From Acanthaster planci (lineage: Eukaryota), in NCBI RefSeq assembly GCF_001949145.1, contig NW_019091362.1:744997-808996 (forward strand): DNA of 64,000 nt. Direction: 5' to 3'. Every line of letters begins with the position of its first letter. Positions within the stretch are counted from its first letter, which is position 1. The notes beneath the pieces were generated by a model. It did not search any database. It saw only the letters and a list, made by a program, of their open reading frames with translations, and had not been told where the DNA came from. Positions 24,626 to 36,892 of the stretch are shown one piece after another. The position numbers and the translations under genes are program-made.

Positions 24626-24706
24626 GCCGAATTTGACCAAGCCTTGAGAATGCTGCAAGAGCAATATAAGAAACTCTCCACAGCACAGCAGACCGCGGGG
24701 AACCAG
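24626..24706 (+). CDS. INTS10: INTS10 coding exon
   Basis: tacag|AEFDQALRMLQEQYKKLSTAQQTAGNQ|gtaaga, 81 bp, in phase. Confidence 0.75.
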
Positions 24707-25105
24707 GTAAGACATTATGGTGGATTCTGTTGTATACCCTGGTATTATTGAGTAACACATGAGAACCAGTTCTTAGGCTCAGGCATGCTGAAGTTGTCAT
24801 TCTTTTTACGTTCTCGATGACAGCTTGAAACCTGCTTGTCATGTTGCTAGAGACCACAGCAAGTGTCATGATGTGAGCAGCATGGATGATGTTGCATACC
24901 TGGGAAAGGGCACTTGAAGACATTCACAGAAAATGGGGCCTATTTATTTCAAATCAAATCAAATACAAAGAAAAAATGAGAATTACTTCTAAACACTTTT
25001 TGTTGGAAGGAAGAAAACGTCCGGAGGCTGAACTTGATTTGTTAAATCTAATTCATTGGAGTATTGGCATACAGATACTTACAAAATTTCACCTATTTTA
25101 CACAG

Positions 25106-25165
25106 CAGGTGCTGAAGACTCTTCTTCAGACAGCAGCTTGCTACTTCAGACAAAGCCAGCATTCG
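25106..25165 (+). CDS. INTS10: INTS10 coding exon (NAGNAG acceptor, 25106 or 25109)
   Basis: QVLKTLLQTAACYFRQSQHS|gtgag, like vertebrate QRALIQLATCHFALGEYR. Confidence 0.75.
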
Positions 25166-25310
25166 GTGAGCCCATAAGTTGCAAATTATCATGTGTTATT
25201 TGTATAGTTTAATATCCTCCTTTGTGAAATATGTGTCCCTCATTCAAATTCACCCAGACATGATTTCACAGCAGTTTTCTGTGGTACTTTTACATCAGTG
25301 ATGTGGATAG

Positions 25311-25681
25311 CAGTGTTGTAGTCAAGTACTATTCAAGTATCAAGTTCTCTGCCAAATATTTAACGAGCTAGGAGGGAACTAAGCTGAAGTAAATGAGCAT
25401 TTGATGGTACACGCAGAAAGGTAAGATTACAAAGTAACATGATGACTTCAGACTATCACTGTTTAATAAAACTTAGGACAAAAGTACTTGAATCAAGTAC
25501 TTTGCTCCTCAAAACTTAAATTTTACAAAACTGTGAGTGTCTGAAGTCTTACATTTAGTATGTAATCTTACAATTGTGCATTTACCATCAAATGCCTGTG
25601 TACTCCAGCTTTATTCCCTCTTATCCGGTTCAATATGTAGCTGAGAACCTTGGTACTCAAAAGTACTGGACTACAGCACTG
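25311..25681. mobile_element. Hairpin MITE (hAT-like CAGTGTTGTAGTC TIR, degenerate 8-bp TSD) in INTS10 intron
   Basis: Long inverted arms; ends cagtgttgtagtcaagtact / agtactggactacagcactg; flanks gtggatag / atggacag. Confidence 0.7.
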
Positions 25682-26046
25682 ATGGACAGTGATTAAAGGG
25701 ACAGAAACGTGGAGCTAATTCTGTATGTACTTAGCGCTGAAGCAGCGAAATGTTTAGGCCCAGTGAAGTGAAAAAGCCCCAGGTCATGTGAGTAGATCAC
25801 AAAGTCCACTCAACTCCTTTCGTTCAATATGACACATAGGTATCACAACTTGTATCTGTAAACAGAACAGAAACCAACATGCAAAAATTGAATGATTGAC
25901 CTGGAAATCAAATACATGTAGCATTGATGTAAATTAGATATAAAGACAAGAGGCAGGTGATGCAGAAGATGGAATCTTGTTCCGTATTTTTGGTATAAAC
26001 AGAAAGTATGATAGCAGGCATTTTTTAAATTCTCTTTTTTTCCCAG

Positions 26047-26238
26047 AGTGCCTGTGAAATGACACTGAATGCTGTCAGGCACTTACCAACAATGGCTAAA
26101 GACACTCCCCATGCTGCTCAAAGTGTGGCAACAACAGAAAAGATGTACAATAAGAACCTTAGGCAGCTCCCGCTGGTACCCTGCACTTCATTGGCTCTCC
26201 TGCCTTACTTTGTGCAGCTGTTGTTACTTAGCTACAAG
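26047..26238 (+). CDS. INTS10: INTS10 coding exon
   Basis: SACEMTL...LPLVPCTSLALLPYFVQLLLLSYK vs vertebrate [24 protein letters not shown]; strong polypyrimidine acceptor. Confidence 0.85.
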
Positions 26239-26766
26239 GTATTAAGAAAAGACTCTTCAAGTTATTCTGTTACAATGTAATATTCCAATGTAAAGGAAGC
26301 ATAAATTTGTGTTCCAAATAGACTTTTTTGTAGATTTCTGGATAAGATGGGAATTTTGTTTTTTTCAAAAGTAAAATTCACTTGTTGAAAGAGAATGGAC
26401 TTTGAAATCTCACTACTGAGTCTGTGGCTGCATCCGAATCTCTTGTCTAGAGCTAGACTCCTTCACTCCTTTGTAAATTCGTGGAGACGCGTCGACAATA
26501 GACCTAGCCGTAGCTCTGGAGGCCCATTTCGGACACAGCCCGTGAAGCAGTTTTATGACTGAGAAACAATTTAAAACAAGTTTTATCATATGTCATGTAT
26601 CTGCTGTATGCGATATTATCATGCTCAGTGAAGTTGGACTCCACTTCATGCTCGTAAAATAAATTGTTATAAATATTGCATTTGATGATCCTGGTTCAAT
26701 CATGTTGTCAGCCATCAACTTTTTAAAGCCAGAGAAAAATAATTTTGTGGCTCTTTGAATTCACAG

Positions 26767-26932
26767 AAGAAAGTTTTCCACCTGAGAGACACAGAGGACA
26801 CAGCCTTGGGTCACATGCTGGTTTTAATGCAATATGATTGGCCGAAGGAAGAGGTATTATTCCAAGAATTGATCAAGAAATTGAAAAGGCAAGGAAGTTT
26901 CTCCTATCCCATATTCTTCCAGTATATCATCA
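26767..26932 (+). CDS. INTS10: INTS10 coding exon
   Basis: EDTALGHMLVLMQYDWPKEEVLF...QGSFSYPIFFQYII vs vertebrate [23 protein letters not shown]...QGNFQYENFFNYVT. Confidence 0.9.
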
Positions 26933-27234
26933 GTATCCTTGAAAATACCTTGCATCATTAGCATAAAAATGAAAATGGTGTCATAGTGTTAAATTTCAGT
27001 TGTTCTGATTTCATAAACTGTGGAATTAAATTTCCTTGATTCCTCATACAACTCAGGAACACAGAAAATGATATTCATTGACCAGATAAGCTTGAGTATC
27101 CTTCAAGTTTTTCTCTGTTTGTGTTCCCCAAGGCCATGATTACTTGCCTTTCCTGTTTTACTTGTTTTATTTGCAACCTCAGTTTAAAATAAAACATTTC
27201 AAAGCCCGATAATCTTTAACGTGTTTGCCCCAAG
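26933..27234 (+). other. U12-type (minor spliceosome) GT-AG intron of INTS10
   Basis: 5' site GTATCCTTGA; branch site TCTTTAAC at 27213-27220, 14 nt before the intron end; no extended polypyrimidine tract. Splicing yields [11 protein letters not shown]. Confidence 0.85.
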
Positions 27235-27328
27235 ACATTGATATGCTGGAGGAGTTTGCATTTTTAAAGACGGAGACAGGAGGCAAGTTGCAGTTAGATC
27301 TTCTTCCTCCTAACCCATCTGTCATGAG
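27235..27328 (+). CDS. INTS10: INTS10 coding exon
   Basis: (N)[25 protein letters not shown] vs vertebrate [26 protein letters not shown]; donor ag|gtgagt. Confidence 0.92.
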
Positions 27329-28631
27329 GTGAGTATTTGATCTGCTTCTTCAAAAGACCTGTGAAGTGGAAGATTTGTGAGAGCAGCAGCCAAGTCTTGT
27401 GTACATGAGTTGTAAGCTAGTCTTCAAAATCATCCAGTCCAAGTCAAGTCAAGCTATCCAGGAAATTGTGGCAAATACATTTTTTTTTAGATTGAAGTCA
27501 TCCCGGTCAAAGCCAGAAGGTGTGACCCTGTAACCTGCTTTTCAATTTGGCACCTAATTGGCTAGTTGACACGTCTGCTGAGTCACTTTGGATGCGGTCT
27601 GTTAAGTGTTTAGGGGCTGAGAATTGGCTATGTTCTACTACCCAACTTAGTGCTTCGGTAAATTGGAAGGGGTTGAAGGTTTTGGGGGTTCTGACACAAA
27701 TACACGGAACTGTCATTATTTTAACACAAAACAAAGCACTGATCGAATGGTGCCTCCCAGCATAATGCAGTAACACAAGTGTAAAGGCAGATGTGCATGT
27801 GCTTTCCTTTCGACTTGCGTTACTATCTTTTTTATGCCCTGGCGGCTAGGACGAAGGGGGGTATATGAGGCTTACATGTACCTTGTCCTTTCCATGTGTA
27901 TGCACAAGTGTGGCTTACACAGTGTAAACCTCCCTGCAAAAGATGTCAACATAATTTAGGGTGAGATGATAATTTAGGATGAGATGTGGACTTGTACATG
28001 TCTACACAGTCTATTCTCCTCACTGAAAAAAAACAATTCAGAGGCATTTGGGGGCAAAAATAAGAGGAATAGTTCAGGAATTCATTAAACTCCAGCTTGC
28101 AGGAATTATCATTATTTTGCCCAAGTTTTTTTAACCACAGGAGCACAAAGGAATGTCCACACTGTGTATATGAACAAGCATGTGTGTCAGCATATTCCGT
28201 CCATCAGTATGTCTGCTAGTTTTCCCACCTTAGCTTAAGATGGACTTGATATATCAACTTCAAACCTGGTACATTTATGTACGTTGGTTGGTCTTGGTGG
28301 CCTTCGGAAGCCAATCAGTTTTGGACCCTTAAGATCAAAGGTCAAGGCCATTTAATAATGGTTGAAACAATAGAGATGGTTTTCCTACAATAATTCAAGA
28401 AGAGCTTGGCATCTCATCTGCAAACTTGATATGTGGGTTTGTCTTGATGTTTCTGGACGCCTATCAATTTTGGACTTTTGGTCAAGGTCACCACAAACAA
28501 TAGAAATGGTTTTCACAGTTCAGGTGGTTTTTGTGATTCCAAATTAGAGTCACTGTTTAGGCATGGTTTAGCGGGGCATTTATGTTTATCAACTCACCAT
28601 TTTTATTTGTTTCTTGACATTGCTTGAATAG

Positions 28632-28788
28632 GCAGAGGACTGTCACTAGAAATATAACAAAAGGCGGGAAGGAAGACTTTCGCATTGCCATGGAGAAGCA
28701 GGTAGTACGGTGTGGAGAAAACCTGGATGCATTGATGAGGACCTTTCTGACCAATGAGCGAGACTCTTTACAGCGGCTGCTCATGTGA
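28632..28788 (+). CDS. INTS10: INTS10 terminal coding exon
   Basis: [30 protein letters not shown]...LLM* vs vertebrate [29 protein letters not shown]; TGA at 28786-28788. Confidence 0.92.
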
Positions 28789-30529
28789 AGTGTGAAAAAC
28801 CATGAAAAGGTCTAAGAGTGGATCTAAACTGACACAAGACTTGGAGCTGCCAAGAAAAAAGCAAGACATATTGCCGTCTGATGAGATTGATTTGAAGTAT
28901 CGACAGTACCTGGACTGGAAACCACTAAACGTATTGCTGGTTGGATTTGTTGAGATTGAAGCATTTAAGTTAGCACAATGAAAAATCTCATATTTAGTTT
29001 GGGACTTTTTTGCAATAGCCAAAGGTGTATGTGAAATGGTATTGCAAATGGAGGACAAACAGTACAACAATTTTAATGCTTCAGTTATAGATGTACGGTC
29101 AAGGAACGTAAGCCTGTGTAACCGGGGAAAATGGCACACTACGAAGGAGGGACGTGCAACACAATAAAAAACTCTAGCTAAACCTCGGAGCTTTGAGGGA
29201 AAGATCGCAAGAAATCGCATTAACCACTACCTTCCCGGTGGATTTCTCTTGAGCGGGATGAGATGACGAGATCTTTTCAAGATTTTCCGTTTTCAAAATT
29301 CTTCAAAAATTCATGTGTTCATTTACTTGATGTTTACACCCACATGAACGACTGTCTGGTGGCTGCTCTAATCTGACAGGTAACCTTCATTGATGCCGGA
29401 GTATTCAGACCAGGCCTGCAGCCCTGTAAAAGAGAGCCTAGAATTGTGAGGTGTTGCATGATTTTCTTTGTTCCGGTGAATGCCAGTAGCATCTTTTCAT
29501 ACACAGCTGGATTAGCGAGCAGCAGCGCTGTGTCGCTCATCAAGTACTGAAAAAAGATGGGAAAAAACCAAAAGGACTAAAAGACTGAAAAGACATACAC
29601 CAAAAGACTAAAACCTTTAAAAGGACTTTAAAAAAAACCCAAAATGGACCTTATGAGTTGACATGCAGACATCAATCTGTAAAAACAAGAGAAGTTAAGA
29701 ACAGTGTATTCATTTTGAGTGGGTAACTCCAAGAATTATTCTCATGTTTCTAACTTACTTGACTTCCTCAATCATACTACAGTGAATGTGTAGATAGAGA
29801 GTCCTGAAGTGTGATGTCATTTGAGCCAGGAAATGTAGAACAAACAAATGGAGTATGCATATGTATTGGTTCACACACTGGTTCTCGCATTGATGCCTTT
29901 TACACACTTAATTGTACCTGCAACATTCTTTTCGGTACTCCATAGAGGTTGTGCATGGCAGCCTTTTTCCTGATAAGAGCTTTTGTTTCGCAGGGATACG
30001 CAAGTAGACCTGTGCTCTCCCTGCGTAACAAAAGCAGTTACCGGAAAGATGGCTGCTATGCACCAACTCTATACAGACTATGTTTTCCTACCTGAAGGTT
30101 TCTTCAACTGTGAAATAAAAAATAATTACTTAATTGACGTATATCAATTAGAAAAGTACGTACAGCCAGCAATGCTGATTATTTTGAAGAAAGCTAATAA
30201 TAAGATATGTTTTAGAATACAGGGGTGAATTGTTTTACTATTTCGTAATTGAAATAAATGATGATGTAACTGTCGAATTTGAAGCATTGCTATTTTTTTA
30301 TCTTGTTGGTTTGGAGATATTGGTTCTGTTTGCCTTCTAATAAAGGGAGTCAGAAACTGACTTGGAGCATTTTTAAAACGAGTGGATGCAGCTTCGATTT
30401 TGGTTTCACTGATCCAGTCAGATCTTGAGCCTGTGGTTTCAAACACGGCTTCAAAATGGCTGGAACCAGCAAAACCAATGTCTAAGCCGAATCCACTCGT
30501 TCGAAATCGTTCTTAGTCATGGATCATTT

Positions 30530-31170
30530 CTGTAAAACCAAGCATTTGAAGGAATATTATTTACACCCACATACTGATGATGTTTGTCGAGTCTGCTGAA
30601 AAATGTTTGCGAAAAATGACTGTTAGACCACAACCAGGGGTATGGTAATGACAAAAAAAGAGAAGAAAGGAGGAAAAGGGTAAACATGGCCAATCTGGGT
30701 GAAAATGCCTTGGAACTAACCCCCAACCAACGTTGATGGATTATCTGTTTGCTGATAATTAATACCGTACTTTGCTTGTCTTCAGCTTGTGAATTTCTTT
30801 CCATCATTTATGCAAGAAAGCAAGTAAACTAGTACTGCCTGTCCAAGCATTGGATCCAAGCTGTGGAGTTCTACACAGTCTATGCCACTCATCAGACTGG
30901 AACATAACCGATCTAGAGGGGGTCGTTAAAGGGTCCACTGCACCCTTGCTTTCCCTCCAGGTAGACAAGGGGCAGAGCTTTGGGTTTGGGGAATGACCCA
31001 TCCTTGGGAGAGACTCCATCAGCTGCTGGTCATGATCCTTGACAAGTATGGATGGGACGCAAAGTTTGTGCTGAATGAAGGCAGGTTAGTGGGGAAAGTG
31101 GTGATTGCTACTGAAAATGAAAGCATCTTAAAGTGAAAATCTGAGAAATTCTTGAGGAAAACAGCCTCTA
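30530..31170 (-). pseudogene. Decayed TRIM RING + B-box remnant without an embedded lectin
   Basis: Ordered minus-strand pieces across frameshifts: AVFLKNFSDFHFK(C), LTCLHS, PKLCPL...GAVDPL, AWIQCLDRQY.FTC, DKHHQYVGV. Confidence 0.4.
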
Positions 31171-31937
31171 CGAGGGCACACTTTTCCAGGCTACTGATTT
31201 GCTTCTTACATTTTGCCCTACAATGTATTGTTCACAGTAACATAATGTAACCAGAGCGAGAATTATGATTAATTGGTTGGTCATTCCTGATGCTATGGTG
31301 ATGCAATCTGCAACTGCATACCCATGCCACACCCACCAGACTACATCCCAGTGCAAACCAAATCAACTGATAAGCTGGTGCAGTGAGAAGAGGCTAAGGA
31401 AGGAATGACAATGATCATTCCCTACCAGAGCCTTTTATACAATAGTCTAGTTTTCAGTGCATGCACCTGAATACAAGAATGCAATACGTGCCAAGAAGGA
31501 ACTGTACCTCATTCATAATGAATAAAAAAAACGTTTCAGGTCTCCCATCCTGAATACATGTAACCCTGATCATGGAACAATAAAACCCTCAGGGTACCCA
31601 ACCTATGCTATCCAGATTAGCCAACAACCCATTCATTCCAAACCATCTAAATCAATCTGTTCCACTAAGATTTACTGACTGTCTCCTGTTCAGCATTCTA
31701 CCAAGTGAGACTACTACATTTACCGTAGCTTAGTTTGTCTTATTTATTTTCATGGTATTTTCAATACTCGGATTTGATGCTTTGGAGTTCCATGCTGTTT
31801 GACTTTAAACCTCTTTTGGTGTAGTAATGTATTGGTGAGAATCCCAAAGTGTGTGGACCAGCATACTGGTGCTGCATAGAGAAAGGGCTTTGGTGTACGA
31901 TAACACCATCCAACTCTAATGCAGGTAGCAATGCAAA

Positions 31938-32362
31938 NNNNNNNNNNNNNNNNNNNNNNNNNNNNNNNNNNNNNNNNNNNNNNNNNNNNNNNNNNNNNNN
32001 NNNNNNNNNNNNNNNNNNNNNNNNNNNNNNNNNNNNNNNNNNNNNNNNNNNNNNNNNNNNNNNNNNNNNNNNNNNNNNNNNNNNNNNNNNNNNNNNNNNN
32101 NNNNNNNNNNNNNNNNNNNNNNNNNNNNNNNNNNNNNNNNNNNNNNNNNNNNNNNNNNNNNNNNNNNNNNNNNNNNNNNNNNNNNNNNNNNNNNNNNNNN
32201 NNNNNNNNNNNNNNNNNNNNNNNNNNNNNNNNNNNNNNNNNNNNNNNNNNNNNNNNNNNNNNNNNNNNNNNNNNNNNNNNNNNNNNNNNNNNNNNNNNNN
32301 NNNNNNNNNNNNNNNNNNNNNNNNNNNNNNNNNNNNNNNNNNNNNNNNNNNNNNNNNNNNNN
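31938..32362. other. Assembly gap (N run)
   Basis: Run of N, flanked on both sides by gcaggtagc(a/g)atgcaaa, so possibly a collapsed repeat or overlap. Confidence 1.
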
Positions 32363-33343
32363 CAGCAGGTAGCGATGCAAATTACTTATCTATTAAATAG
32401 AACCATAGAACCAAATTCATAGAGTATGAGCCTTAAATTCTGCAAAGAGGGCACAAAATATATTATTGCTTGAAAAATAACAATGCATTCATAAAAGTGG
32501 TTTGAATGAATATCTGCTCTTCCATTCCAACTCCTTTTGCAGTTTTTGTGTGGCATCTTTGATAGTTTTCATTATAAGAGAATTTGAAGTGGTGTAGAAA
32601 TGCCTGTCTGCCAGAATTTGTTTTCTGAAATCAAGCATTCTTCATCACTTCCCTGCCTTGTTATCCGCCTCGAGCAGAAGCACCCTCTCATCAGTTAAAA
32701 AGAGCTGCGTTTGTCAGGCGTGTTTATTTTGTTTTGTTTACCGGTGATGCGTGATTTGAACCGGAGGAGCCTCCGTTGCTAAGGAAATAGCTCCCTTTCT
32801 TGGTCCAGCTCGAAGCCCATAAAACAGCAAAACAAGGTTTTTCTGTTTTGCAAGAGGCAGCAGAGGACAAGTGGTTTCTTTCTCCCACATACCGAATTTC
32901 TCCCAGGGAATCATTTTTCAAGACAGGAAATTAAAACTTTTGTGAACTCTCGCTATTCTCATGAATATGTATTATCAGCTGGCATTCACATCTCTAGATG
33001 ATGGAACTTTGGTCACCCTGAAGGACATGCATATTTAAATTGTTCTTCTTTTGTTGTACAATGTTGACTTACTATAAAATATATCAAAGGCTGTCTCCCT
33101 ATAAGCCATGTCACTTGGTGTATGCATGTTGATTTGCTGCATATTTGGAATCAAGTTTCCTCATCATCTTTTAACTTTGTCATTTCTGATCTAACCACAG
33201 GCTGTCTTTCCATGATGCTTTCGGATCTCTTAGCAGATAGCAGTTTGCTGCTTGTCTTTGTTGATCCATTTCATTGTTATATGGAACACAGTTTTGTATT
33301 GTCATAATGTTGCAATACTGGAGTCAAATAATAAACATATCCT

Positions 33344-33645
33344 CAAGGGCATCAATCCATTTTGGACAGTGGGGAAGGGGGACACATAGCCCTGATCTGA
33401 ACAAATGCGAGTGCTAAGTGCAAAACCCTGAGTGATGTAGGGTCCGGGGCCTGCTCAAGGCTACACTTTGCTCCCAAAAATTTCGGAGTATAGACGCTCT
33501 GTGGTGTGATCTGAGATGATTTCTGGCTACTTTAGCCAGTTTTTTAAACAAATCCTTTCGCAAGGTATACGTTTTCATTTAGAATTTGGAAAAAAATGGA
33601 GAGGGGACATGTCTTTCCCCCATCCCCCACCGATTGACACCCATG
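33344..33645. mobile_element. hAT-type MITE with perfect 8-bp TSD CATATCCT (shorter paralogous copy at ~44486-44677)
   Basis: TIR caagggcatcaatc / gattgacacccatg; catatcct at 33336-33343 and 33646-33653. Confidence 0.8.
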
Positions 33646-34644
33646 CATATCCTCACAATTGCTTCACACCTACCTCATACAGGGGCATAGCAAAGGCATT
33701 TTCTGGGGGGGGGTGTGACAGAGTCAGTTTGCAGATTTAGAACTTGCTCGTCAAACTTGTGTAGTGTAGAATGGAAATCTGTGGCATGCTACATTTCATG
33801 CTTCAGGGGAAATTCCAACTATCTCATTACCACTTTTGGATTCATTTCCCAACCGAAGCTCTACTTGCCAACAGGAATTAATTATTGGGGTTGCTGCACT
33901 TCCACATCCCCCCCATCACTATGCTACTGACCAGATCTATTCTATTTTAATCCATCACACAACCATGGACTATACCCATGAATTATACCGTTTCACTGTG
34001 TGCATGCATAGTGTACATAGACATGATCAATGCTCTTCACACGCAGAAAGAAGGTTGCACGACACATGACAATGTAAGCACATTGAGGGCTCCTCACATA
34101 AACACACACAAATTGTGCACAATTAACGTGAAACACATGAACTTTTTTATTTTTCTAGAGGAAGAAATGTCTGAACACGCAATTAGTCATGGGCCTGATT
34201 ATCAAATGATTGGAGCAAATTGTAAGACACGGGATTCTCTGTTTAACTGTATGAAAGAGCAGGGTTTTGTTGAACCATCCCACTTCTCACAGTTATGGGG
34301 AATTCTACTCGCCTAAGAACACTCACTATTAGTACAAATGTGAACCCAATGAGACCCATGGCTTTGTTGTTAATGTCATTTGAAGTTCAAGGCAAAATGC
34401 GTATAAGCCCTAATGCATTATGCAAGTCAATAGATGCATTCTATTTAGACTGATCTGGTTTGGAGAAATGAGCGCAGCAATAGTGTAATATCCCATTTTT
34501 ACAAAATTGGTATTAAAATGACCAGAAAATATTTCTAAAACCTCTGATGGCTTGGCATGTCAACCAATGCACAGCAATAATATCAGAAAAAATGTCTGTA
34601 TCTCAAAGCCTAATATTTTCTGACATCTCATGATTAAACCAAGG

Positions 34645-35452
34645 TTCAGCTCTGATCTTTAATCTGATCTCTTTTTTTCGGAGCACCAGTGTTGAAAATT
34701 GCCAAACCGTGTTTTTAAAATTGTCCCAGTCTTGATCAATACCACTGCAATATACATTAGACCAATCAGCATGTGACAGTTGCAACAGAAAGTCCTCTAT
34801 GTTATAGTCCCTAAGAGATCTGATAGTGGTAATAATATGGCCCCCACAAGTTGGCTTTTTTGACACCTTGCGAGAACAATTAATGGGAAAATGATCACTC
34901 AAACCCAAATTCCAAATCCCTGATTGGCTAATCTTGTCTCCATTGTTACAAATAACATGATCGAGTAAAGTCGAACAGGTATTAGTAGTACGAGTGGGAT
35001 CCGTGATAAGTTGTTTGCAATCAAACATTTCCAAAATATTTTTATAATCCCTAAACTGAGTACAGTTTTTCTGTAGGAAATTTATGTTAAAATCACCCAC
35101 GATGATTATTTCACGATTTAACCCAATAACTGACAAAATGTTTTCAAACCGATCAAGAACGTTATTGTCTTAAGGAGGGCGATAACACACACTGATTGTT
35201 ATTGGTTTTGATTTCGGTAGGAGTAAATCAAACCAAACAGTTTCCATATTGTCTCTCGTCAAATCCATTCTTTGATTGAAGACAAAATTATTGTTAATGT
35301 ACACACAGACCCCTCCGCCATGTCGAGTCCTGTCATGTCAGAGAACAGAATAACCCTCTATCATGATTTCAGCATCGGGGACGGAATCATCTAGCCATGT
35401 TTCGGAGACTCCGATTATTGCAACTTTAGACTTTTGAATGATGGTCTTCAAT
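34645..35452 (-). mobile_element. LINE (L2/CR1-group) APE endonuclease fragment
   Basis: IIGVSETWLDDSVPDAEIMIEGY...HGGGVCVY...CYRPP...IIIVGDFNINFL...TRTT...LLDHVI...LSDHFPI. Confidence 0.88.
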
Positions 35453-35811
35453 AATGATCATTCAAGTGAATGATATGAATTCCTCTACACTGAAAATGTT
35501 TGAAGAGGTCGTTGTTGATTTTCATGAAATGTGTGTCAAAATTACTGCAAAGAGTTACGCCAAAAGACTCCAAACATGCATTGTGGTGATATTGGAAAAA
35601 TGTCGGGGGAGGGGGGTGGATTCCATCCCCGGCTCTAAGGGTTATGAGAGACTTTACCTACTGATGTTGAAAGGTAAGGTGAAGATGGCTGATGTGATAT
35701 GCGGATTCCCTGTACTTACATGTTAGGAAGAGGTAAATTTCACTAATATTCTGTGATATTACAATTCCCAAGTCATTTATTTCTCTCTTCCTTCCACGGC
35801 ATTACCCTTTA

Positions 35812-36570
35812 CACTGTAAAATAATACTGTTCAATGAGCAGTGTTATACAGTATTATTGCAACACTGATCGACTGTAAGTGAAGTTTGCAGTAAACAAAC
35901 GTGTTTGTTTGTTACACGTATTAACTACAGTGCTTTTGTGAATGTAGTACAAGCTTTGTATAAGCTTTGACCTCAATTTGCATACTGACACAAGAGGGGC
36001 GTTGCTACTTTTGCCAAGTAATTTCGTGGTTTTCCATTGTTGACGTATTTGACATTAGTCTGACAAATGTTTGTGCTTTTTGGATGTAGTTTTACACGGA
36101 AATGCGAATCATTGCCTAAAAATATAAGTCAAACGTGAAAAATGAAAAATCTTACTTTTTCATGCCCCAACCATGATTGCACTTGGGAGCCTAACAACAC
36201 ACATAATTACATACCATGCCAGTGCACCTTAAGAATGTAAATGAAGTTCTGCTGTGATCAAGGCTTTTGAAGAATGTGTACGAGGTATCTGTATCAAATA
36301 CGTAATTAGATTTGAAAATTATACCTAATACACGTATAGAATGAACCCATGATTAATGAAACGGTAGCTTGCTGTGTCTAATGTCTATATCAAATTAATG
36401 TAATTAATTGAGATGAAATAAGTTTCTGTTGTTTTTACAGTTAGTTACTGAACAATAAATCACAGCGATTTACCGTAATAATAATTACTGTAAATCATTA
36501 ATAGTACTCTACTGGCGCCCGTGCTGCAAGTAAAGTACTGTGAGAATTTACAGAAAACATTTTCACAGTG
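35812..36570. mobile_element. Non-autonomous CACTG-ended (EnSpm/CMC-like) DNA element, TA flanks
   Basis: ta|cactgtaaaa ... ttttcacagtg|ta; absent from the paralogous site near 47800-47820 (ggcattaccct..ggtagaa). Confidence 0.7.
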
Positions 36571-36601
36571 TAGGAGGTAGAATTCCGGACATTCAGTATA
36601 T

Positions 36602-36872
36602 TGTAGCGCCGGCGGGTCTAGCCGGTGGGGGCGCCAGCTCAGACCCGCATGGAGTTGGCTGGCTGCCCGCGCTGGTATGCGAACGGCCCGCGGTTTTCCC
36701 GCCTCGCGCCTGCGCAGTCCCTGCCGACAGGCGCCATATTTTGAGTTGAGCTGAGAGCACATTGTGGTGTACGCTACAGCAATAAAACACACATTTCGTG
36801 ACCAAAACGGCGAGTTGCGGCTGAGTGTCATTCTTTACCGGCGTCGAACCCTGTTCAGCGGGACACGCTACA
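36602..36872 (+). repeat. 5' LTR (271 bp)
   Basis: TGTAG...CTACA with internal AATAAA; about 14 differences from the 3' LTR counted by eye. Confidence 0.95.
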
Positions 36873-36874
36873 AC

Positions 36875-36892
36875 TGGTGGCAGCGGTGGGAT
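36875..36892 (+). promoter_or_regulatory. Primer-binding site, tRNA-Leu type
   Basis: TGGTGGCAGCGGTGGGAT is the complement of a tRNA-Leu 3' end (ATCCCACCGCTGCCACCA); lies 2 nt after the LTR. Confidence 0.85.
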
